A stretch of DNA of 64,000 nucleotides, taken from NCBI GenBank assembly GCA_033977065.1, contig JAXCHI010000004.1, forward strand, positions 284,724-348,723, read 5' to 3'. Position 1 is the first letter of the stretch; the number at the start of each line of letters is the position of its first letter. Source of the stretch: Candidatus Algichlamydia australiensis (GTDB taxonomy: Bacteria > Chlamydiota > Chlamydiia > Chlamydiales > JAJFMI01). Below are positions 8,753 through 17,969 of the stretch, in pieces. A program made the position numbers and the translations under genes. A model generated the notes under the pieces. The model ran no database searches. It saw nothing but the letters and a program-made list of their open reading frames with translations, and was not told where the DNA came from.

Positions 8753-9667
8753 ATGATTGATTCAATAAGTTTGGTAAAAAATTATTTAATTCGTTGGATT
8801 CCTTCTCCTACCACACATCTAACATGTGCGGTATTTAAAAAAGTGGCAGAAACATCACCACTAATAATTAATGGTTGCATCTCCTGTAAAAGCTTAGATA
8901 GTAAAAAATTTACTTTTTCACTCTTTTCTACTCTTGTTTCGCCTCTATTTTACTGCAATAACAGCTATGCAAAAGGGTTTATTCTCCTGCTGACGGTAAC
9001 GAATCTACTGTTTCATAATTTTTTTACAGGTAGCCAAGCAAAAACAAATTTTGTCTCTAAACCTGCGGTTCCTAAAAAAAATGAGGGGATAGGACAGGCC
9101 GGTGTAGATCAAATAGGCACTGTTGGGGTAGTCAGACTTTCTCGATCAGAAACGAATTCTGTCTCTAAACCCGCGATCCTTGAAAAAAATGAGGGGACAG
9201 ATAAAAATTCAGAACCAAATAAGGGGATAGGACAGGCAGATCCAAAAGATCTTTTCTCTGAGAGTGAGAAAGAAATTTTGAAACAGATTGATCCGTCACG
9301 TTTTGAACAATTTTTTAATGGTGAAATCACCGAGGCTGAGAAGCAAGTAGTTTTCGATTTTAATAGAAAAACAAATAATGCTTTATTCAATCGATTTTTA
9401 GTTCAACTTTTCAAGTATAGAGATGGGTATCCCTACCAAAATAGTTTCAGCTCAGAGTCAGAACTTCCTACTAATTTAGATAGTTTGATCTGTTCATACG
9501 ATCACGACAAATTTGCCACAGAAGAAGAGCGAAAAAGAATCTTTAGCAATACAAGATCCTTTGTAGAGAAATTTATTCACACTCGACTCAAAGGGCTGGA
9601 TGACTACGAAGAAGTTATTGCTCAATCAGTAGAGAATGCTGATTGGATGGAACAGCTAATTAAGTGA
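8753..9667 (+). CDS. Hypothetical membrane protein, Inc-like, paralog 3 of 3 (most divergent)
   Basis: 304 aa. Bilobed region FTFSLFSTLVSPLFYC-NNSY-AKGFILLLTVTNLLFHNFF. It contains an internal imperfect repeat (SKPAVPKKNEGIGQA / SKPAILEKNEG...GIGQA). Its 3' end overlaps tag convergently by 46 nt. Confidence 0.7.
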   Translation: MIDSISLVKNYLIRWIPSPTTHLTCAVFKKVAETSPLIINGCISCKSLDSKKFTFSLFSTLVSPLFYCNNSYAKGFILLLTVTNLLFHNFFTGSQAKTNFVSKPAVPKKNEGIGQAGVDQIGTVGVVRLSRSETNSVSKPAILEKNEGTDKNSEPNKGIGQADPKDLFSESEKEILKQIDPSRFEQFFNGEITEAEKQVVFDFNRKTNNALFNRFLVQLFKYRDGYPYQNSFSSESELPTNLDSLICSYDHDKFATEEERKRIFSNTRSFVEKFIHTRLKGLDDYEEVIAQSVENADWMEQLIK

Positions 9668-10194
9668 TCATTGACAAGGCCAACAGCCTGCATAAATGAG
9701 TAAATTATAGTGGGTCCAACAAAGGCCATACCGCGCTTCTGTAAATCTTTTGCTATCGCAGTGCTAATGTCTGTTTTGCAAGGGACATCTTGAGAGTTTT
9801 TCCACTTATTGACAATAGGTTTATAGTCGACATACTTCCATAGATAAGAATCAAATGAGCCAAACTCTTTCTGAATTTTAAGAAAAATTTGTGCGTTTTG
9901 GCGAGCACTAAAGATCTTTCGTCTATTGCGAATAATTGCAGGATTTAAGATGAGGTTCTCAAGATCTTGATCAGACATTTTTGCTACAGTTTCTGGATCA
10001 AAGTTATGAAAGTGTTTCCGGTAAGCTTCTCGTCTTTTCAGTATGAGTTCCCAGTTTAAACCTGCTTGAGCGCCTTCTAAAACTAGCATTTCAAAAAGGT
10101 GTCTGTCATCGTGAACAGGGATACCCCACTCTTCATCGTGGTACTTGGCGTACAATTCTTTTCCGGGGCCATCCCCAAAGCATCGTTTTTTCAT
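9622..10194 (-). CDS. tag: DNA-3-methyladenine glycosylase I
   Basis: 190 aa. The motif YHDEEWGIPVHDDRHLFEMLVLEGAQAGLNW is typical of Tag. Confidence 0.9.
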   Translation of the reverse strand: MKKRCFGDGPGKELYAKYHDEEWGIPVHDDRHLFEMLVLEGAQAGLNWELILKRREAYRKHFHNFDPETVAKMSDQDLENLILNPAIIRNRRKIFSARQNAQIFLKIQKEFGSFDSYLWKYVDYKPIVNKWKNSQDVPCKTDISTAIAKDLQKRGMAFVGPTIIYSFMQAVGLVNDHLISCSIQSAFSTD

Positions 10195-11246
10195 CCTTTA
10201 ACTTCTATCCAGAGTTTACGGCTCTCTTCTTCAGGCATAAGGTTTTGTATAAAGTGGAATTTTTTCCCATTCCGTTTGTCAAGCTCACTCATCAACCAGT
10301 GGTAGCGATCAGAGAACTCTAAGTCCTCAACGATCGTCTCTGTAGGCGGAAGGTTACACCACGTGTTGCACTGATTGATGAGATTCTCTTTTTCATAAAG
10401 ATGGTTTATGAAAGCGTAGGTAAGCTCTTCCTTGTCACTTTTTTGTGGTAAGGCAAGACTCTCTATTGAGGTAAAGATGGGACCTTCAGGAAGGACAAAG
10501 TCGACATGGGGAGCATCTTTTTCCATACGCCAAAGGTAGTAGTGTTGGGCAAGGGCAAGAGAGCAGTTGCGTGTTGCTAGGAGATAGTCGGCTCGCACTT
10601 CTACGTAAGCCTCCACAAACTCTTTTTGCGAGAGAAGAACTTCTTTGACTTCGGCTATTTGGTGCGGAGTCAGAGATTTTACTGGCCCATAGAGGTAGAA
10701 GGCGGCAAAATTAATCGCTTCGATGGGATCGTTGAGCATTACAATTCGCTTCTCGGAGTTAAAAATTTGGTCGTAGGTAAGGTGGGGCAGTGGAAGATCT
10801 TCTTTGTTAATTCCAAAACCGTAGACAACCCATTGAAGGGGAATGGAGTAGTTGTTTTCTGGGTCAAAGGCGTGTCCAAGAAGGCGAGGATTGAGGCTTT
10901 TATAAAAAGAGAGTTTACTGCGGTCAATTTCTTTGAGTAAACCCTCTTTTTTTAGAAGCGGTATTGCGTAGTCAGACGGGATAATCAGGTCAAAACCTCT
11001 TCCTTTTGTCGCCTTCATTTTCGTGAGCATCTCTTCGTTCGAGCCATAGCAGTGAAGACGCACCTTTGCATGATACTTTTCTTCAAAGGAGTGAATGGTT
11101 CGTTCATCGATAGAGTCAGCCCAGCCAAAGATGTGTAGGGTGTTGCTACTATCCCCTTTAAAAAGGAGGATCTTGGGCCATGAGAGGAGGAGAAAGGAGG
11201 CGGCTACCCAGGCAGTGATGGAGAAAAATTTATAAAAACCGCGCAT
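10191..11246 (-). CDS. potD: Spermidine/putrescine ABC transporter substrate-binding protein
   Basis: 351 aa with a signal anchor and PotD-like motifs (YGSNEEMLTKM, FDLIIPSDYAI). Last gene of a 4-gene ABC operon. Confidence 0.82.
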   Translation of the reverse strand: MRGFYKFFSITAWVAASFLLLSWPKILLFKGDSSNTLHIFGWADSIDERTIHSFEEKYHAKVRLHCYGSNEEMLTKMKATKGRGFDLIIPSDYAIPLLKKEGLLKEIDRSKLSFYKSLNPRLLGHAFDPENNYSIPLQWVVYGFGINKEDLPLPHLTYDQIFNSEKRIVMLNDPIEAINFAAFYLYGPVKSLTPHQIAEVKEVLLSQKEFVEAYVEVRADYLLATRNCSLALAQHYYLWRMEKDAPHVDFVLPEGPIFTSIESLALPQKSDKEELTYAFINHLYEKENLINQCNTWCNLPPTETIVEDLEFSDRYHWLMSELDKRNGKKFHFIQNLMPEEESRKLWIEVKG

Positions 11247-12022
11247 CAGTAGATCCTCGTTCGTATTTTTGGAGAGAAGAAGAGAAGCACAAGGAGGGAA
11301 CTAAGAAGCAGCAGAAGGGTAGAGAGGGCGTTTACAACGGGTGAGATGCCTTGGCGGATCATACTGAGAAGATAGAGAGAGAGCGTTTGTATAGAATTAC
11401 CAGCACAAAAATAGGAGAGGATAAAGTCATCGAATGAGATGACAAAGACAAGCAGTCCAGTAGCGATAAGAGAGGGACGTAAAAGGGGTAAAGTAATTTT
11501 GAAAAAGGTTGTCCAAGGAGTAGCACCGAGATCAAGTGAAGCCTCTTTTAGCTTGGGATCAAGATCGCTATAGCGAGTGTAGAGGATGGGGATAGCAAAG
11601 CCGAGTCCTAAGATTGTATGAGAGACGATGAGTGTGGGCATGCCGAAAGGGATATCAAGCAGAGAGAAGTAGCTAAGGAGACTAACAGCAAGAACGGTCT
11701 CTGGAACGATGAGTGAGCCAAAAAAGAGGGGGAGAAGGCGTCTCCCTTTCTTACTCCCACTATCCAAAAAATAGATCAGCAGTGTGCTTAAAAAAAGACT
11801 TAAAAGAGTGGTGATACTAGCAATTTTTAGAGAATTAAAAAATGATTCCCAAAGGTCGTAGGAGCGGAAAAGTTCACGGTACCAGTTCAGTGTAAAGCCG
11901 TGCCAAGGTGCTGGAAAAGTTTTTGTGTTAAATGAGAAGGCCACAAGCACCAAGATAGGGAGATAGAGGAAGAGAAATGTTCCGAAAACATGGAGTTTGT
12001 GAAGCGCCTTTTTCCTGATCAT
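11246..12022 (-). CDS. potC: Polyamine ABC transporter permease
   Basis: 258 aa polytopic protein with the EAA-loop motif EASLDLGATPWTTFFKITLP. Confidence 0.82.
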   Translation of the reverse strand: MIRKKALHKLHVFGTFLFLYLPILVLVAFSFNTKTFPAPWHGFTLNWYRELFRSYDLWESFFNSLKIASITTLLSLFLSTLLIYFLDSGSKKGRRLLPLFFGSLIVPETVLAVSLLSYFSLLDIPFGMPTLIVSHTILGLGFAIPILYTRYSDLDPKLKEASLDLGATPWTTFFKITLPLLRPSLIATGLLVFVISFDDFILSYFCAGNSIQTLSLYLLSMIRQGISPVVNALSTLLLLLSSLLVLLFFSPKIRTRIY

Positions 12023-12876
12023 CGCAACCTCACAATAGTTTTATTGATTTTTTTAAAGAGGATATAAAATCCGCCAGAGAAGAGAAGAAGAATAATCGAG
12101 CTGACAACAGTGAAAGCAGCACCCATTCCTTCAGTATGTTCTCCTAGAATATATTGTGAGATGACGTTGCCAACAAAGTAAATGCGGTCGCCTCCCATAA
12201 GTTCAGGGATCACAAACTCACCAAAGGCAGGAATAAAGACGAGGAAAAAGCCGGTGCGGATGGCGGGAAGCGAGAGGGGAAGCATGATGCTGCGAAAAGT
12301 TTGTTGAGGGGTAGCGCCAAGGTCAAGGGAAGCTTCGATAAGTTTACTGTCGAAGCGCTCTAAGCTAGCGTAGATGGGAAGGACCATAAAGGGGAGATAG
12401 TAGTAAACCATCATGAGCATGGTTGCAAAAGGAGAGTTGAGCAGGTGAAGGGGTTCAGAAGTGATCCCCAAATTTAGTAAGAGGTTGTTGAGAAACCCTT
12501 GACGTTCAAGAACAAAAAACCAGGCGTAGATGTGAAGCAAAAAGTTGGTCCAAAAGGGAACAATCAACATGAAGAGAAGGAGGCTTTTGATTTTTTTGGC
12601 GTAGAAAGCCATATAGTGGGCAAGGGGATAGGCGATGATTAAAGAGATCCCGGCTGTTAGAGTGGCAATGCCAAGCGAGTTCCCAATAATTTTAAAATAG
12701 ACAGGTGAGAGAACGGCAGAAAAATGGCTGAGAGTGAGCCCAGCAAAATAGCCTTCCCCAGATAAGCTCATAACACTAGAAAGAATCAAAAGAAAAAGAG
12801 GAATGTAGAAGAAAAGAATTTGCCAGATAAAGGCGCCTGAACCGAGGCCGAATGGAAGAGTGCTGCTTTTTTCCAT
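12019..12876 (-). CDS. potB: Polyamine ABC transporter permease
   Basis: 285 aa polytopic protein with the EAA-loop motif EASLDLGATPQQTFRSIMLP. Confidence 0.82.
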   Translation of the reverse strand: MEKSSTLPFGLGSGAFIWQILFFYIPLFLLILSSVMSLSGEGYFAGLTLSHFSAVLSPVYFKIIGNSLGIATLTAGISLIIAYPLAHYMAFYAKKIKSLLLFMLIVPFWTNFLLHIYAWFFVLERQGFLNNLLLNLGITSEPLHLLNSPFATMLMMVYYYLPFMVLPIYASLERFDSKLIEASLDLGATPQQTFRSIMLPLSLPAIRTGFFLVFIPAFGEFVIPELMGGDRIYFVGNVISQYILGEHTEGMGAAFTVVSSIILLLFSGGFYILFKKINKTIVRLR

Positions 12877-12879
12877 GCC

Positions 12880-13974
12880 TCAATGCTCCAATAGTACGAC
12901 ATTTTCCCGTTGCCAGTAGAGGTAGACCTTATCGTCATAATCGATATCCTCATGCGGAAAATGCTCTTCATTCTGTTCAAAAACTTGCAGCATTGTACCG
13001 CTTCCAAGCTTCACGTTATACTGCGTTGATCTGCCGTAATAAACGATCGACTGCACACTGCCTTCAACTTGATTGGAAAAATCTTTTGCGGGCTTTTTAG
13101 AGATAAAGATTTTTTCTGGTCTCAGGCTCATCACTACGCTCCCTCCATTGGCCATCCAAGGTTTTTTCTGCGGTACATAGACCTTTAAGCTACCGAGTCC
13201 CTCTACCTCAACTTCAGGGTCAAGCTCAATATTGCGCATAACCCCGTTTAAAATATTTGTTGTTCCAACAAATTTTGCAACAAATGAGGAGACGGGAAAT
13301 TCATAAATCTCTTTTGGTGTACCAATCTGTTCGATTTCGCCATCAGAATTCATAATGGCCATCTGATCGGCTACAGTGAGCGCCTCAAACTGGTCATGGG
13401 TGACGTAGACAAAAGTTGTTTTGAGCTTGTCCTGCAGCTCGATTAACTCAACAAGCATCTTCTCGCGAAGTTTATAATCGAGTGCTGCAAGCGGCTCATC
13501 GAGAAGAAGAACATCGGGCTCGTTGATGATGGCGCGACCAATCGCCACTCGCTGCTGCTGGCCTCCTGATAGCTCTGATGGAAGTTTCTCTACCTGTTTT
13601 TCCAAGTGAAAAGCGCGCACAATACGCATCACTCTTTTTTGAATTTCATCCTTGGAAAGTCCCTGAATGACAAGGGAGTAGGCGATGTTGTCAAAGACGT
13701 TAAGGTGCGGGAATAAAGCATAATTTTGAAAAACAATATGAATACGACGTTTATTGATCGGAAGGTGTGTGATCTCCTTTTCTCCAATCGTAATCGTTCC
13801 GCTATCGACCTCCTCAAAGCCGCCAATGAGGCGCAAAAGCGTGGTCTTACCGCAGCCGCTTGGGCCGAGAAGAGCAAAAAATTTGCCAGAGGGGATAGTT
13901 AAGTGAATTTTTGAGAGGATCTTCCCGCTGTTGCCGTACGATTTTGTTACATTTTTCAAGTTAATGCTTCGCAT
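12880..13974 (-). CDS. potA: Polyamine ABC transporter ATP-binding protein
   Basis: 364 aa. Walker A GPSGCGKTT, signature LSGGQQQRVA, Walker B LLLDEP, and a C-terminal TOBE-like region. Confidence 0.88.
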   Translation of the reverse strand: MRSINLKNVTKSYGNSGKILSKIHLTIPSGKFFALLGPSGCGKTTLLRLIGGFEEVDSGTITIGEKEITHLPINKRRIHIVFQNYALFPHLNVFDNIAYSLVIQGLSKDEIQKRVMRIVRAFHLEKQVEKLPSELSGGQQQRVAIGRAIINEPDVLLLDEPLAALDYKLREKMLVELIELQDKLKTTFVYVTHDQFEALTVADQMAIMNSDGEIEQIGTPKEIYEFPVSSFVAKFVGTTNILNGVMRNIELDPEVEVEGLGSLKVYVPQKKPWMANGGSVVMSLRPEKIFISKKPAKDFSNQVEGSVQSIVYYGRSTQYNVKLGSGTMLQVFEQNEEHFPHEDIDYDDKVYLYWQRENVVLLEH

Positions 13975-14158
13975 TCTGCTATTTTACTCTTTCAAGGCAA
14001 TTTTCATAAACAGTAAATATTTTCTTACACGTTTAATATTTGTAAAATGTTTTATTTGTTTTTTAATCTATTAAGATGGTTCGTTTTTTTGAAAAATATA
14101 TAGGTTTCTATGTTAAAGACTGTCTTTGAATTAAATGCTCAAAGTTCATTCGTTGGCA

Positions 14159-14322
14159 ATGAACCTATCCAACTAAACATGCTTTTGCCTTTTTCCAGAT
14201 TTTTGGCTGGATTTTGAGCTATTTTTTCAAACAACTTAATTAAGTTGTTTTCAAAAAGATCCCAAAATCCTTCTCAAAACTGAGAAAAAATTTCAAAAGC
14301 AGCTTTAGTTGGATAGGTTCAT
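14159..14322. repeat. 164 bp long imperfect palindrome (MITE-like or structured element) in the potA / trxB divergent intergenic region
   Basis: The terminal arms atgaacctatccaactaaa...gcttttg and caaaagc...tttagttggataggttcat are reverse complements. The centre aacaacttaattaagttgtt is a perfect palindrome. The interior arms pair imperfectly. Confidence 0.8.
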
Positions 14323-14392
14323 ATTTTAGGGAGGGTTGAATAAACCCTTAGTTATTGCATTTTACTCGTGATTCCCAAACAATGTGGGAGTA

Positions 14393-15343
14393 ATGGAAAA
14401 GTACAAACTCATCATCGTGGGATCTGGCCCAGCTGGACACACTGCGGCAATTTATGCAGCACGTGCAAACTTAAATCCTCTTCTCTATGAAGGTTTTTTT
14501 TCAGGAACACCTGGAGGGCAGCTCACGACAACAACAGACGTGGAAAACTACCCTGGATTTCCGGAGGGAATTACTGGTCCTGCTCTCATGGACAACTTTC
14601 GCAAACAAGCGGCACGCTTTGGTACGACGATCTTGACAGAAGATGTGGAGTCCATTGACTTTTCCAAACGGCCATTTGTTGTGAAAGGAAAGAAGACTAT
14701 TGCGGAAGCTGAGACAGTGATCATTGCCACAGGAGCAACAGCCAAGCGCTTAGATATTCCCGGTGCAGGTGAGGGAGAGTTTTGGCAAAAAGGGGTAACA
14801 GCGTGTGCGGTTTGTGACGGTGCGGCTCCCATTTTTCGTGAAAAGGATCTCTATGTAGTCGGGGGAGGCGATACCGCAATTGAAGAGGCGGTTTTTCTCA
14901 CCAAATTTGGTAAAAAGGTCTATATTGTTCATCGCCGTGATGAACTGCGTGCGTCAAAAATTATGGCAGAGCGCGCTCTTAACCATCCTAAAATTGAGAT
15001 TGTTTGGAACAACGTTGTCGTGAACGTCGCAGGTGATGATGTTGTGCGTGAGGTAACGTTAAAAAATACACAGACAGGTGAGGAACAGAAACGCGAAGCA
15101 GGAGGGCTCTTTTTTGCAATTGGCCACCAGCCCAATACCGCGTTTTTGGGAGGAGCTTTAGCAACGGATGAGACGGGTTATCTAAAAGTAGAACCATTTT
15201 CTACAAATACTTCTGTAGAAGGTGTTTTTGCTGCAGGAGATGTCTCAGATCATAAATATCGTCAGGCAGTGACTGCTGCTGGCTCTGGTTGTATGGCGGC
15301 TCTTGATGCAGAGAGGTATTTAGTTTCAAAAGGATTAGCATAA
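14393..15343 (+). CDS. trxB: Thioredoxin-disulfide reductase
   Basis: Motifs [16 protein letters not shown], the redox-active CAVCDG, and [11 protein letters not shown] prefer ATG 14393 to the GTG at 14384. Confidence 0.93.
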   Translation: MEKYKLIIVGSGPAGHTAAIYAARANLNPLLYEGFFSGTPGGQLTTTTDVENYPGFPEGITGPALMDNFRKQAARFGTTILTEDVESIDFSKRPFVVKGKKTIAEAETVIIATGATAKRLDIPGAGEGEFWQKGVTACAVCDGAAPIFREKDLYVVGGGDTAIEEAVFLTKFGKKVYIVHRRDELRASKIMAERALNHPKIEIVWNNVVVNVAGDDVVREVTLKNTQTGEEQKREAGGLFFAIGHQPNTAFLGGALATDETGYLKVEPFSTNTSVEGVFAAGDVSDHKYRQAVTAAGSGCMAALDAERYLVSKGLA

Positions 15344-16147
15344 GTGCTGCGTCGCATTTTTTTTATCCTTTTTCCTTTAACTCTCTTTAGTTTGCATTAC
15401 GATCCTTGGTTTGGACAGACTTGGCTCTTCTACCTAACACCCTCTTACACCTATGACCACTATCCAGATGTTGACAATGGGACGCGGAAATACTCCTCAG
15501 ATGATAACCTTATAAAAGGAAATTTAAATTTCTCTTTTCTCCCGCAATGGGATATTCAGTTTGAGGGAATTTTTGCTTCTACACAAAAGCTCTCTTGGGG
15601 CATGCAAGCAATTGGCACTTCGCTGCGCTATCTCCAGTGTAACGATGTAGAAGGGGATCCAGTGAGTTTAACCTTTAATGGCTCGCTTTTTTATGTTCCT
15701 GTGCGTTCACAAAAAGATCCCAGCACTCCCTTTCATGCAACGCTTAACTTAGAGCTCGGAGCCGCTCTTGGAAAAGAGATCGATAAAATTTATAATTGGC
15801 GCTATCGCTTTTGGGGTTATGGAGGAATAGGGGTGGCTAATCGCGGTGCTCCTTGGGCGCGCGGAATTCTTGCGCTCGATGCGCGTATCTACACCCAGCA
15901 TCTCTTCCGCCTCTTTGGCCATGGCTATTTTGGTATGGGAGGTGTTGAGGAGGTCAACATCGATCGCTTGCGCGGTTATGCTAATATTGCTCACCAGTCC
16001 GTCGACTTAGGTCTGCGCTACGCTTACGAATTCGAAATTTGGGGGAATTTTTCCGTCGAGTATTTTTATCGTGTTTTTGCGCATAGTTTCCCAGAATGCA
16101 TGCATTCTATCACTGTAGCTTATACCCTTCCTTTCTCCCTTTTCTGA
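15344..16147 (+). CDS. Hypothetical outer-membrane beta-barrel-like protein
   Basis: 267 aa. It has an N-terminal signal-like segment, alternating aromatic/polar strands, and a terminal F (YTLPFSLF). The GTG start abuts the trxB stop. Confidence 0.55.
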   Translation: MLRRIFFILFPLTLFSLHYDPWFGQTWLFYLTPSYTYDHYPDVDNGTRKYSSDDNLIKGNLNFSFLPQWDIQFEGIFASTQKLSWGMQAIGTSLRYLQCNDVEGDPVSLTFNGSLFYVPVRSQKDPSTPFHATLNLELGAALGKEIDKIYNWRYRFWGYGGIGVANRGAPWARGILALDARIYTQHLFRLFGHGYFGMGGVEEVNIDRLRGYANIAHQSVDLGLRYAYEFEIWGNFSVEYFYRVFAHSFPECMHSITVAYTLPFSLF

Positions 16148-16266
16148 TTCGTATCCTTCTCGCTTCGCAAAATCGAAAAACGTTCGCCACGCCGTGTTAT
16201 CTACACTGTCGCGGCGAACGTTTTCCGATTTTGCTTTGCGATAAGAATCCGCTAGGCCGCTTCGCG
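16146..16266. repeat. Family-A hairpin repeat, copy 1
   Basis: gattcgtatcc..cgcaaaatcgaaaaacgttcgcc pairs with ggcgaacgttttccgattttgctttgcgataagaatc, followed by the tail cgctaggccgcttcgcg. It is homologous to 34674-34788. Confidence 0.8.
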
Positions 16267-16290
16267 CATGTAAAGGGGAATTATTTTGAG

Positions 16291-16857
16291 TTAGTTGAAA
16301 AGAGTGAATACGTTGCGATTGAGATCATCAATAATCTCACGATTCATCACTTGCATGTTCATTTCTAGCGCTCGTGTGCTGCTCTTTGCATTCTGATACC
16401 AGACATATCCATTGTCTTCAGCTGTACGATATTTTTTTTTGAAAATAACTTTACCATCTCTTTTGACTTTAATTTTTAGGGTCATACGGCCGTTGTAATG
16501 CTTGCCCGTATCACAGTAGAGATCGTAAATATTTCCTTGTATTTCTGTTTCTGCATTGCTCCCAGAGCCAGTGACAGTGTAGCCAGAGCGCTCTAACTCT
16601 TCTCGAAGGGAGCTTGTGGCCCACTTGACTACGTCATTTCGAGCTACAAGTTTTACTGTCGGGATATTGTAATCGTTGCGGAAATGTCCCACGAGGTCTT
16701 TTGCGTGGCGTGAGTCTTTAAAATCGAGAAGTTTTATAACAACGGAATTTTTTGGTTGCTCTTCAAGTAGAGGTTCATAAGTAAGGGTTGTTCTGTTTGT
16801 ACTGCAGCTTGTAAATAGTGTAGTTATCGTTCCAAGGATTAAAATAGTACTTTTCAT
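16291..16857 (-). CDS. Putative lipoprotein
   Basis: MKSTILILGTITTLFTSCSTN carries a lipobox (LFTSC). I prefer ATG 16857 to the track start at 16893. Confidence 0.65.
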   Translation of the reverse strand: MKSTILILGTITTLFTSCSTNRTTLTYEPLLEEQPKNSVVIKLLDFKDSRHAKDLVGHFRNDYNIPTVKLVARNDVVKWATSSLREELERSGYTVTGSGSNAETEIQGNIYDLYCDTGKHYNGRMTLKIKVKRDGKVIFKKKYRTAEDNGYVWYQNAKSSTRALEMNMQVMNREIIDDLNRNVFTLFN

Positions 16858-16937
16858 ACAAAAATAATCGCATGATAAAGGGGTTGTTGTCAATTACTTA
16901 AGGAAACAAGGGGGTGCCAACTTGAATATCAATTAAC

Positions 16938-17888
16938 CTAGAAGTAATAAAAGTATTCGAGAATAGCGCTGACAAAAGCTTCCGAGTTGCGGCCAGCAAC
17001 TGTAAACCAGGCGCCACCTGCCATACTCATGTTTTGATTAAAGTTGTATTCTAAGCTAGGAGCTAAACTGAGTTGTTCGGAAGAGGGAAGCCCTACTTTT
17101 GCAGGCAAGCCATCGAGAGTCACACCGCGATCTCCCTTAAAAGAAGCGCTGTTTGTATGCAAGTAGAATACATTTGTACCTATTTCCCAATGTTTATCAA
17201 GAGTCACTTCTACTCCAAGGCTGGCGACATACTCCATTCCAGGGTTGACCCGCCCCTTTGTTTCAAAACCGCCACCGTAAACGTTAAAACCACGAACGGA
17301 GAGCTCATTTGGAAAGAGTGTCCAGATATTGAGATTAATGTTGAAAGGGTGTTTCGGAAAGGTATAGAAGATTTTTTGCCATACTGCTATGAGATAGGTG
17401 GTAACAGAGCCACTCCCACTTGCATCACTTAAGTTTTTTTCGGGGTTTAGTTTTTCAAATTTTCCTGTAGGATAAGTCTGCCCCACTACGATGCGGAAAT
17501 CGGGTATCCATGTATCTTTGATATCACTTGAGATTTGAAAGCCAAAGAGTGCCCAAGTATCTTCATAACGCCAAGAAGAGAAACCATCGATATGAGTGTA
17601 GAATCCTCCAACAATTAAATTGAAATCGATAAAATCCGTAATTCCTGTTTCTAAACTTAAAATAAGTTCAACTTCATTGACATTTTTCTGGTTTTGTTTT
17701 TTCCAGTTGCTATCGTAGGCACCGTAGAAATGTGTAACAAAAAATAAGGGTTCAAAAACAAGGCGTCCAGGCGCTGCATTTTGCGAGTAAAAATTGAGGA
17801 GAGTGCCCGCATAAATCGGCTTATACTCCTCATCCTGATCAGCCATTAACTGCAAACTAAAAAAAAGAAAAAAAAGCCACTTCTTCAA
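16938..17888 (-). CDS. Putative outer-membrane beta-barrel protein
   Basis: 316 aa with a signal peptide (MKKWLFFLFFSLQLMA), an alternating beta-strand pattern, and the C-terminal YFYYF. Confidence 0.6.
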   Translation of the reverse strand: MKKWLFFLFFSLQLMADQDEEYKPIYAGTLLNFYSQNAAPGRLVFEPLFFVTHFYGAYDSNWKKQNQKNVNEVELILSLETGITDFIDFNLIVGGFYTHIDGFSSWRYEDTWALFGFQISSDIKDTWIPDFRIVVGQTYPTGKFEKLNPEKNLSDASGSGSVTTYLIAVWQKIFYTFPKHPFNINLNIWTLFPNELSVRGFNVYGGGFETKGRVNPGMEYVASLGVEVTLDKHWEIGTNVFYLHTNSASFKGDRGVTLDGLPAKVGLPSSEQLSLAPSLEYNFNQNMSMAGGAWFTVAGRNSEAFVSAILEYFYYF

Positions 17889-17969
17889 CTGCTACTCACA
17901 AAGAATTTATACGGACTATACACGATTTGCCTATTTGTGCTACAGTCTCGCAATTACAATGGAGAAATT

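Noticed and set aside
16185-16200. DnaA-box-like TTATCTACA in the loop of family-A copy 1
   Set aside because: It is a single near-match with one mismatch and is not conserved in copy 2 (gtaattaca). It is most likely chance.
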